Shown here: piece by piece, positions 18,256 to 26,176 of the stretch | How positions within the stretch are numbered: the stretch's first letter is position 1 | How the letters are laid out: the number at the start of each line of letters is the position of its first letter | Assembly (NCBI GenBank): GCA_021108435.1 | Contig: JAIOQY010000170.1 | Location: 1 to 63,018, forward strand | DNA: 63,018 bases | Direction of reading: 5' to 3' | DNA from: Candidatus Aegiribacteria sp. | Lineage (GTDB): Bacteria; Fermentibacterota; Fermentibacteria; Fermentibacterales; JCC-6 | The notes under the pieces: generated by a model | What the model was told of the DNA's origin: nothing | Database searches by the model: none | The model's input: only the letters and a program-made list of their open reading frames with translations | Program-made: the position numbers and the translations under genes

Positions 18256-19214
18256 TGGCCTCAGGAAGAAAACCGTCAACCGGATTCTGGATTCTGCTGA
18301 TACTGGCGATAGTTATTGCCGGTGTTATCTCACTGATGGTTGGTCCAATGGGTGATCCGCCGGGATGGGTGGTATTCCGCTTAAGACTGCCAAGATTTGT
18401 ACTTGCTCTTCTTACCGGCAGTGCTTTATCCATTTCCGGATGTGTTCTGCAGTCACTGCTTCGCAATGATCTCGCTACTCCTTACACTCTTGGCATATCC
18501 GCAGGAGCAGGACTTGTTGCCGGTTCTTTCATTATATCCGGGTTTGCTATCCCTGTTATTGGTCTTGTCGCGGCAGGAACCGCAGGAGCGCTTCTTGCGG
18601 TAATCGCGGTTTATGCTCTCGCATCGGGAGGCGCAAGGGGAGAGTATGGCGCAACTCTGCTTCTTGCCGGGGTTACAATGAACCTTATTGGGGCTGCTAT
18701 ACTTCTTCTGTTTGAATATTTCAGTGATGCATCCAGAATACTCGAGATCGTAAGATGGATGATGGGAGATCTTGCAGTGATCGGATGGGGAAAGCCACTG
18801 TTTCTGATTCTCCCTGCGGTTATCGGAACGCTGATAGTATTTTCGCGAACCGATGTGCTCAATCAGATATCGCAGGGTGATGATCTGGCTTCAACAAGAG
18901 GTGTCTCGGTCAGGAGAGAACGCAATCTTCTTCTTTTCGCAGCGGCTGTCCTGGCCGGCTCTACAGTGGGAACCGTTGGACCTGTTGGATTTGTCGGATT
19001 GATCGTGCCGCATATCATGCGCAGATTCGTCGGGGCTGATTACCGGTATCTCGTACCGGCTTCAGCACTAGGTGGAATGCTTTTAATGGTTCTTGCGGAT
19101 TCGTTATCCAGGATTGTCGTGAGTCCTGCAGAACTGCCTATCGGCATTGTCATGTCACTACTTGGAGGTCCATTCTTCCTGGTTGTTCTACTCAGAAGCA
19201 GCAGAAAGAAATAG
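18252..19214 (+). CDS. ABC transporter permease, FecCD/BtuC family
   Basis: A polytopic membrane protein with RLPRFVLALLTGSALSISGCVLQSLLRNDLATPYTLGISAGAGL and PIGIVMSLLGGPFFLVVL. The ATGA overlaps the ATPase stop. Confidence 0.85.
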   Translation: MMASGRKPSTGFWILLILAIVIAGVISLMVGPMGDPPGWVVFRLRLPRFVLALLTGSALSISGCVLQSLLRNDLATPYTLGISAGAGLVAGSFIISGFAIPVIGLVAAGTAGALLAVIAVYALASGGARGEYGATLLLAGVTMNLIGAAILLLFEYFSDASRILEIVRWMMGDLAVIGWGKPLFLILPAVIGTLIVFSRTDVLNQISQGDDLASTRGVSVRRERNLLLFAAAVLAGSTVGTVGPVGFVGLIVPHIMRRFVGADYRYLVPASALGGMLLMVLADSLSRIVVSPAELPIGIVMSLLGGPFFLVVLLRSSRKK

Positions 19215-19227
19215 TTGGTTGTGGATT

Positions 19228-19941
19228 TTACGTACTGTTATTATCGTCAGTCAGATACGGAAAGAACAGATATCTGATATTGTCAAGAGAATCTTCAATC
19301 ATATACGGAACAGTCTGAGCATATGTATCCAGTATTACAATGGCATTCAGTACGGAGTCTGCCTCGCTTGCCGCTCGAAGTCTTTCGGCGATCGCGCAGT
19401 TAACCTGCTGAACATTCTCATATAACTGTGTAAGGCCCTGGAGGCTGAAATCAGCCTGTTTCCCCTCTTTTTTCATGAAGTACTGTGACAAAAGATACAT
19501 TGATGTGACCCTGTAAGCGGTTTCCTCTCCGTTAGAGAGAGACAGATGAAATCGAGCCATCGGTTTAAAGAATGCAGTATGCGGACAGCCGCTGGAAGCT
19601 ATAACAAGGCCCATAAGAGAACTGAGACCGCGCTGAGCGGTTGTCTTCTGTGATATGTGTCTCTGACTGGTTATCACGTCCAGATAGATATCATCATATG
19701 AAATAACACGATCAAAACGTTGAACGATACTGACAAGGTTCAGAGCCAGCGGGCAATACGGATGTGTATTGCTCTTGAGGGGACAGTTGGGACATTGATG
19801 GAATTCCAGATTTACCCATTCGGGCAGGTTTTCCGGAACATTGCCGATAATCTGAAGATTCAGGGCATCCAGTTCGATCTGAAATGTTTCCAGAGTATCA
19901 TCCGCAAGCCTGAAGCGGTACGTAATCAGAATATTATTAAT
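19228..19941 (-). CDS. Cys-rich conserved-looking hypothetical protein with no canonical start; 5' end proposed at ATT 19941
   Basis: The first in-frame ATG/GTG/TTG is GTG 19677. The frame stays open for about 107 codons upstream (to about 19998) and encodes protein-like sequence (HQCPNCPLKSNTHPYCPLAL). GGAGGA lies 9 nt upstream of an in-frame ATT at 19941, 2 nt after the upstream gene's TAG. Confidence 0.5.
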   Translation of the reverse strand: MNNILITYRFRLADDTLETFQIELDALNLQIIGNVPENLPEWVNLEFHQCPNCPLKSNTHPYCPLALNLVSIVQRFDRVISYDDIYLDVITSQRHISQKTTAQRGLSSLMGLVIASSGCPHTAFFKPMARFHLSLSNGEETAYRVTSMYLLSQYFMKKEGKQADFSLQGLTQLYENVQQVNCAIAERLRAASEADSVLNAIVILDTYAQTVPYMIEDSLDNIRYLFFPYLTDDNNST

Positions 19942-19943
19942 TT

Positions 19944-21797
19944 CTACTGATCCTCCATCCGCTCCCGTTCTGCCTTGATTGAATCCTCGACCGCCTCAGC
20001 GTACTGCTGCCATTCCTCCCTGAAATCGTGAATTTCACTTGTCTCTCTCATATACTGAATGATATTGGTCATGCTGAGTTCCTGATGTCCTTGCTGAGCG
20101 GCAATATAAGTCATTAGTGTCATATTCGGATTTGCCGGTGGAACCTGACGTGAAAGAACTTCTGCAAGTACACAGCTGGTTCCGGTGCTGAACGGTCCAA
20201 TAACCTGGAATTCAGGCGCGATAATGGCTGCTTCCGCGAATTCCACGGAAGATAGGATTCCATACACGGCATCCGGATCAAATTCAGCATCAGTTCTGAT
20301 TTGTGAAGCGGTGAAAGGAGCTGTAGTATATATTGGCAGTGATTCAGATGCTGCCCATGCTCCAAGGTTGACACCGCTTAGATGGATTTCATCAAGTGCC
20401 TCAAGAGCAAGAGTTCTGGATATTTCTCTTCTGATGGAGTACATTGTCATTTCCTGGAGAGTTCCGGAATTGACTGCTTCTTCGTAACCGATTGTGTCCG
20501 ATGGATAGAATTCCAGCCTGCGAACAAGTGTGAATGCTGGATAGCCACCCCTGTATCCAGGGGAATAGAAAATCGGTCCAAGTGAATCCGACCAGAGTGT
20601 ATCCGTCGCAAAGGTAATTATCTCCTCTGTAATACTGCCTGTTAGAGGTGTATCTTCCTCAACCAGCATCTCACCAAAATCGATAACCAGAAGAGAATCG
20701 CTGATATTCGGTATGCTGCTTGCAAGAATATCTTCCATCTGCTGTTCTACAGTCCACATCATACTTCTTATTGTGGAGAACTGAGGTAGAACAGGTATTT
20801 CCCAGCTTCTGAGGTAGAGAGTGTCATCAAGTATTTCAGATGAAGTTAAGACGGAATCAAGAAGGAGAACATGGTAACTGCTGATAGATGGGTTGTTTGA
20901 GTACATCCCCAGGAATGGAACGGTTCTCTGTCCCTCTTCAGGAATAATGCCGTCTCCGTAGTATTCAAGGAACTGCGTTCTTGTCGCAGTGATGGGAGAT
21001 CCTGCTGTTGCATACGAAAGAGAATCGAGTTTTCCCGCTGCGAACTGCAGGTCATCTTCCTGTGGTGCTATCTGGATTGTTACGAATCTCAGCAGCGATC
21101 CGGCAGGCCTGGAAAACATTGAAGGATTAGTATTATAGAATTCTTCAAGTGCATTTTCATCCGGAATTGGTGGAATGGTATCAATGATAACATATCTGGC
21201 GGTTATCTGCCCCTGGCTGTCAAGAAGAAGGAAATTCACCTCTTCTCTGGAAGCCATACTTACCATTCCTGAAGCCAGTGGGAAGCGTCGGGCGTCTCCA
21301 CCTGCGTATGTCTGATAGAGATACTGCTGGTACATTCCGGGCTGTTCGGATTCAATCATATCAATGTATTCTTCAGCGCTCATGCCGCCAAGATCCTGCA
21401 TTCCAAGTTGAGCGGCTAGAAGCGCTTCAGCCTGCCCGATTGTGAAATGAGTCCAGTTTCTGCTATTCAGATAGATACCTTCAAGTTTGCTGTTTATCAG
21501 TTCTTTGTAGGCTTCTTCTGTTATGACTGCGCTCATGAGAAGAAGCATCGATTCAGGATCGGGATTTCCGCTCTGCTCAAGCATCTGTCTGTAGCGAAGA
21601 TTCCAATTTTGCAGCGCAGCCTGATACTCATCCGGCATGATTTCTATGCCATCAACTGTCGCAATAGCGCGTTCGAATGGGTTAGTCGGTCTATTATCTC
21701 CCTCGCCCATTCCCCACCGGAGAAAAATGAGAGCGACGAAGATGACAATGGTTGCGATCAGGAATATTTTAGCATTATCTCTGAGCCAGGTTAACAT
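19944..21797 (-). CDS. PpiD-like periplasmic chaperone (N-terminal membrane anchor plus SurA_N-like domain)
   Basis: MLTWLRDNAKIFLIATIVIFVALIFLRWGMG is the typical PpiD N-terminus. About 617 aa. The start was chosen at ATG 21797 (GGGGAA upstream); the ORF is open to 21845. I did not recognise a clear parvulin motif. Confidence 0.6.
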   Translation of the reverse strand: MLTWLRDNAKIFLIATIVIFVALIFLRWGMGEGDNRPTNPFERAIATVDGIEIMPDEYQAALQNWNLRYRQMLEQSGNPDPESMLLLMSAVITEEAYKELINSKLEGIYLNSRNWTHFTIGQAEALLAAQLGMQDLGGMSAEEYIDMIESEQPGMYQQYLYQTYAGGDARRFPLASGMVSMASREEVNFLLLDSQGQITARYVIIDTIPPIPDENALEEFYNTNPSMFSRPAGSLLRFVTIQIAPQEDDLQFAAGKLDSLSYATAGSPITATRTQFLEYYGDGIIPEEGQRTVPFLGMYSNNPSISSYHVLLLDSVLTSSEILDDTLYLRSWEIPVLPQFSTIRSMMWTVEQQMEDILASSIPNISDSLLVIDFGEMLVEEDTPLTGSITEEIITFATDTLWSDSLGPIFYSPGYRGGYPAFTLVRRLEFYPSDTIGYEEAVNSGTLQEMTMYSIRREISRTLALEALDEIHLSGVNLGAWAASESLPIYTTAPFTASQIRTDAEFDPDAVYGILSSVEFAEAAIIAPEFQVIGPFSTGTSCVLAEVLSRQVPPANPNMTLMTYIAAQQGHQELSMTNIIQYMRETSEIHDFREEWQQYAEAVEDSIKAERERMEDQ

Positions 21798-21899
21798 GTT
21801 ATTTCCCCTAAACTGGATTGATTTTAGTAAGATGCAAAAATACATTCGTTTATTACATTCTGCAAGGTTTGTTCGGGTCAGCGTACAGGAGATAGCCTC

Positions 21900-22901
21900 A
21901 TGAAGATCAGCAGGTACATCGATATGGAGAATATGGTTCTGGAAGCAGACGCAGGATGCATATTTGCTGTATCCGGTCCTGACATTTATCAGTCAACTCG
22001 TCTTCAGAAACTGATGACTGAGAAGTTCGGGAACGAACTCAAATATGATATAATCCGGTTTGACGGCGGTGAACTTCAGGAAGGCGACCTTCGCAGATAT
22101 ATTCTCGAGAACTCCCTCTTCGCGCCCGGGAAGCTTCTCATTATCTCCAGATGTCATAACATCGGGAAAGCTGCTCAGTCTGAATTGATGCTTTCCATCG
22201 ATGAGGGGCTGAAAGATTGCGCATTGTTTCTTGTATCCCTGAAAACTCCCAGAGAATCAGCCGTCCTTCGAAAACTGGAGAAGAAAAGAATACCGTTCTA
22301 TATCTGTTATGAACCCTATGAAAGAGAAATACCAGGATGGACAACCAGGCTTGCATCCCTGGAAAATATCAAGCTGAGTCGGGAAACCGTTCAGCTTCTC
22401 GCCGAGTATTCCGGAAGAAATCTTGGAAGAATGTCCGATGCTATCGTAAAACTAGCTTTGTATCACGGACCCGGTTCAACAATTGATAGAAATGGTATGC
22501 TGGAAGTATTATCAGGTAAGGATAAAGCTGATATTTTCCATCTAGGAGATATGATCTTCGGTAATCGGAGAGGGAAAGCCATTGATGCCGCATGGTCGCT
22601 TCTGCGGTATGGTGAGGATCCAGGCGGACTCATATCCTTTATATTTGGTCAGTGGCAGAAGGTTGTGCAGGTAATGGAAATTGTTGAGAGCGGAGGTGGA
22701 AAGAAAGAAGTCGCAAATGAAACAGGGGCAAGATTTCCACTGCTGGATAGGTTAATGAAATACTCTCGAAGTGCTTGCAGAGTTGATCCAGCTGTTGCTG
22801 CAGAAGCTTTTGCGGAAGCTGATAGAGCAATAAAAACCGGTGTTGATCAACTGGTTTTGCTGGCTCGATTAATCTTCACCTTGACAAGCGGTCATTCATA
22901 G
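21900..22901 (+). CDS. holA: DNA polymerase III delta subunit
   Basis: 333 aa. The domain pattern is typical of HolA: an N-terminal clamp-loader-like region (FDGGELQEGDLRRYILENSLFAPGKLLII) and LSRETVQLLAEYSGRNLGRMSDAIVKLALY. The call rests on overall resemblance only. Confidence 0.6.
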   Translation: MKISRYIDMENMVLEADAGCIFAVSGPDIYQSTRLQKLMTEKFGNELKYDIIRFDGGELQEGDLRRYILENSLFAPGKLLIISRCHNIGKAAQSELMLSIDEGLKDCALFLVSLKTPRESAVLRKLEKKRIPFYICYEPYEREIPGWTTRLASLENIKLSRETVQLLAEYSGRNLGRMSDAIVKLALYHGPGSTIDRNGMLEVLSGKDKADIFHLGDMIFGNRRGKAIDAAWSLLRYGEDPGGLISFIFGQWQKVVQVMEIVESGGGKKEVANETGARFPLLDRLMKYSRSACRVDPAVAAEAFAEADRAIKTGVDQLVLLARLIFTLTSGHS

Positions 22902-22969
22902 ATAAAAATTGAACTTGTATGTATATTTGAATTATGAGTAAATCTGGGCACAAATCATAGGGGGGGAAC

Positions 22970-23704
22970 ATGGCAGAAGTTCTTGAAAAGAAGATTCTGG
23001 ATCTACTTGATCGCAGAGAGGAACTTGTCGGTCGGTTGCACAATCTGGAAAACATGAAGACGGACACCAACGACAGGGTGTACGGAAAAATTCGTGATGA
23101 CTACAGCAGTCAGCTTCAGTCGGTTCTCGAAAAAATAAGCGATAAGCGTGGTTCGCTGGAAGTAAAAGCAAAGGAACTTGCCGATCAGATCAGCCAGCAG
23201 GAGGCTACCTTCACAGAACAATCAGACCAGGTCGATGAACTGCAGATAAGAGCAAAACTTGGTGAGTTCGATCATGGGAATGATGAGTTCAAGAATGAAC
23301 TTGTACAGTCGGAAACTGATCGCGATAAGACTTCAGGAAAACTGGATAAGCTCCGCAAAGAATTGAATGAACTTAACGGTGTCCTGAGCGATGTTGATAA
23401 CGCTACTTCAGCTGGTGTTCCAGGTGGCGGTTTTGTTGCTAAACAGAAAGCTTCAGATGAAGAAGAAATCATTGACATAGAGGATGATGAGCTTATTGAA
23501 GAGATCGATGGAGACGACATTGAGGAAATCGAAATTGATACCGAGGAAGTTACATCGGAATCCGAGGAGAACAAGTGCCCTTCATGCGGGCATATAAATC
23601 CTCCTCACCTCGTGATCTGCGAGGAATGCAACTCTGAGCTCGAGGATCTCAGTCAGGATATTGATGACGAGTTCGACTTTGATGATATGGATGTTGATAT
23701 CTAA
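22970..23704 (+). CDS. Coiled-coil / poly-acidic protein with a C-terminal zinc ribbon
   Basis: The N-terminal ~140 aa are heptad-like. An acidic run (DEEEIIDIEDDELIEEIDGDDIEEIEIDTEE) is followed by CPSCGHINPPHLVICEECNSEL. Confidence 0.6.
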   Translation: MAEVLEKKILDLLDRREELVGRLHNLENMKTDTNDRVYGKIRDDYSSQLQSVLEKISDKRGSLEVKAKELADQISQQEATFTEQSDQVDELQIRAKLGEFDHGNDEFKNELVQSETDRDKTSGKLDKLRKELNELNGVLSDVDNATSAGVPGGGFVAKQKASDEEEIIDIEDDELIEEIDGDDIEEIEIDTEEVTSESEENKCPSCGHINPPHLVICEECNSELEDLSQDIDDEFDFDDMDVDI

Positions 23705-24712
23705 CTAAGAAGCTGCATTTGGGGGCCGGGCATTTGGGACCCGGCCCCTTTGTTTCAGAAATACTTCCGCTATCTGAACTGCGTTCAATGCTGCGCCTTT
23801 TCTGAGATTATCAGCCAGAACCCAGAATTGAAGAATAGTCGAATCATCAGGATAATTGCGTATCCTGTCCACAATTACATTGTCAGTGTTCTCAACATCA
23901 ACCGGTGAGCAACCGCTCTGTGAAACTGTAATACCGGGGGTATTCATGAGAACTGATGCAGCTTCTTCAGCGAGAAGGGGACTTTCGAATTTTACCACTA
24001 CCGCTTCTGTGTGGCCTGTTCTGACAGGTACCCTTGCGGTAGATGCGAATACGGGCAAATCCAGGTTCATGATCTTACAGGTTTCATGCATGAGCTTCAA
24101 CTCTTCATCACAGTAGCCGTATGCATCGGGAGGACCTATAACGGTGATGATGTTTTCATGGAGGTGTGCAGTTCCCGGTTTGATTCCCATTCCGTTCTGT
24201 TGTCTTGAAAGCTCATCAAGGAAGGGTGATCCGGCGCCGGATACCGCCTGATATGTAGCGACGGAGACCCACCGGATATTTCTCATCGTATTAAGGGGAT
24301 TAAGAGCAACGACGAGCTGTATTGTGGAGCAATTCGGGTTGGCTATCAGGTTCTCAGCACCCGTAATGAGATGACCGTTTACTTCAGGTACGGCCAGAAG
24401 CACTTCAGGATTCATTCTGAACGCGGAAGAATTATCTATTATTGCTGCGCCGGATTCAATGCACTGAGGTATCCATTTTTTTGCCACTTCCGCAGAGGTG
24501 GCTCCAAACAGTATGATTCCCTTGCATAATGTTTCCGGTGTTATTATCTCAACCGGGTAGTTCTGATTATTGAATCGGACTGTTTTTTCCCTGGATTCAC
24601 CTGAGGCGAATGCATGGAATCGGTCAACAGGAAAGGAGCGCTCCTGAAGTACATTGATCATAGTCGTACCGACAAGTCCTGTTGCGCCAACAACGCCGAC
24701 GGATATCATCAT
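23705..24712 (-). CDS. asd: Aspartate-semialdehyde dehydrogenase
   Basis: ISVGVVGATGLVG, active site NPNCSTIQLV, and ATYQAVSGAG. Length is 335 aa. Confidence 0.9.
   Translation of the reverse strand: MMISVGVVGATGLVGTTMINVLQERSFPVDRFHAFASGESREKTVRFNNQNYPVEIITPETLCKGIILFGATSAEVAKKWIPQCIESGAAIIDNSSAFRMNPEVLLAVPEVNGHLITGAENLIANPNCSTIQLVVALNPLNTMRNIRWVSVATYQAVSGAGSPFLDELSRQQNGMGIKPGTAHLHENIITVIGPPDAYGYCDEELKLMHETCKIMNLDLPVFASTARVPVRTGHTEAVVVKFESPLLAEEAASVLMNTPGITVSQSGCSPVDVENTDNVIVDRIRNYPDDSTILQFWVLADNLRKGAALNAVQIAEVFLKQRGRVPNARPPNAAS
23722..23756 (+). terminator. Rho-independent terminator for the 22970-23704 gene, embedded in the last codons of convergent asd
   Basis: Stem GGGGCCGGG (23722-23730) / CCCGGCCCC (23740-23748) with loop CATTTGGGA, followed by TTTGTTTC. 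Confidence 0.55.
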
Positions 24713-26167
24713 TCAACCTCCAGACTGTTAGGACGATACTTGTTGATAGGTTTTCTCTGGTCAACCCTTTCATTAATATCCTGTTCCGGAACACGTATCA
24801 CTACTTTAGATCACCGTATATCTGATACTGCTGCCCCCGTACCGCATAATACAATGATTCTGCCTGTGCTCCAGGGGGGTGAGATAATCCGAACTGAAGT
24901 TCCTTTTACCGATATTCCCGCTTCACTCGCATCCTTCAGTGATATTCAGTACAGAGCTGAGAGTTTTCCCGGTAGAGGTAATATTAAAGACCTTGTCGAG
25001 AGAATCCTCAGAACCCAGGGTGTTCCGGTTGAAATAGCTGCACTTGTATGGGTAGAAAGTGATTTCAATGTTGGATGCTACTCTCGAGTGGGAGCTGCAG
25101 GTCCGTGGCAGTTAATGCCTGAAACCGCACGGGAAATGGGATTGCGGATAGATGATTCAGTGGATGAAAGGTACTCATGGGTAGCATCAACAAGAGCAGC
25201 CGCGAAGTACCTGCTTCATCTTTACGGGATGTTTGATGACTGGTCTCTGGCTCTGGCGGCATATAACTGCGGTCCAGGGAGAGTACTATCAGGTCTTCAG
25301 CAGGGTGGTACGACTTTCGGGGAAATTGAGCTTCCGGGCGAAACCGACGCCTTTGTTCCAAGATTTGCCTCTGCCGCAGAAGCATATATTGATGTAGAAC
25401 TGGAATCAGGTGTTCTGGCAGTGGTTTGGGTTCCCTCGGGATTTGATCTGAGACTTCTCGGTCCTGAAACAGGAGTTGAGATTGACTCTCTAATGGATTT
25501 AAACAGATCCTATCTGTTGGAGAGGACTCCTGATGATGGGCAGGCGTGGGAAATCATTGTGCCCGCGGAGAGCGTTAATGATGTTTTCAACGCCGCCTGG
25601 ACAATCGATCCTGAACGATACCTTGTTAAGGAAGGTGATACCTGGAACGGAATCGCATGGTCAACGGGAGTATCTCCGGAGGTTCTCAGAGGTTTGAATT
25701 CCGCTGGTTCCCTCAGACCCGGTGTTCTTATTGGACTTCCGGAGAGCCAGCGCCGACCTGTTAATGCAGGATACATGGATAATCCCCAGTTTATAAGGTA
25801 TACTGTTCGAATGGGGGATACCATGAGCGAGATAGCTGCAGGTGTTGGAGTCAGCTCCCGAGAGGTTGCTGCATGGAATAATATGTCATCTGATAATATA
25901 ATTTATCCTGGTGATGTTCTTCTTCTTCGTCGTTGCGATAGTACGGAAGCGCAGGATTCACCGCTTTTGGATAACGCACTTCCCGAAGAGAAAGAAATAG
26001 ATATAGTATCGAATGGGGTAAGAATTGAACATGTGATTGTCGAAGGAGACACTTTATGGGATATCGCAATCCGATATAGTGTATCTATTGAACAGATCAT
26101 GTATCTTAACTCTCTTGAGAGCAGTATCCTGTCATTAGGTGATGTTCTTCTAATTATACCTGAGTAG
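24614..26167 (+). CDS. MltD-like lytic transglycosylase (SLT domain) with three LysM repeats; lipoprotein
   Basis: SLT motifs ALVWVESDFN, GAAGPWQLMPETA and AYNCGPGRV. LysM repeats: YLVKEGDTWNGIA, YTVRMGDTMSEIA and HVIVEGDTLWDIA. Lipobox LSLISCSG. The 5' end is uncertain: ATG 24614 overlaps divergent asd by 99 nt, and an alternative TTG lies at 24740. Confidence 0.8.
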   Translation: MESVNRKGALLKYIDHSRTDKSCCANNADGYHHSTSRLLGRYLLIGFLWSTLSLISCSGTRITTLDHRISDTAAPVPHNTMILPVLQGGEIIRTEVPFTDIPASLASFSDIQYRAESFPGRGNIKDLVERILRTQGVPVEIAALVWVESDFNVGCYSRVGAAGPWQLMPETAREMGLRIDDSVDERYSWVASTRAAAKYLLHLYGMFDDWSLALAAYNCGPGRVLSGLQQGGTTFGEIELPGETDAFVPRFASAAEAYIDVELESGVLAVVWVPSGFDLRLLGPETGVEIDSLMDLNRSYLLERTPDDGQAWEIIVPAESVNDVFNAAWTIDPERYLVKEGDTWNGIAWSTGVSPEVLRGLNSAGSLRPGVLIGLPESQRRPVNAGYMDNPQFIRYTVRMGDTMSEIAAGVGVSSREVAAWNNMSSDNIIYPGDVLLLRRCDSTEAQDSPLLDNALPEEKEIDIVSNGVRIEHVIVEGDTLWDIAIRYSVSIEQIMYLNSLESSILSLGDVLLIIPE

Positions 26168-26176
26168 GATGGGAAA

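Noticed and set aside
19720-19950. 76-aa plus-strand ORF in the apparent gap between the Cys-rich gene and the PpiD-like gene
   Set aside because: The opposite strand carries a long stop-free in-frame extension of the downstream gene with a CxxC motif and an SD-coupled ATT. The plus-strand ORF would run antisense within a minus-strand operon.
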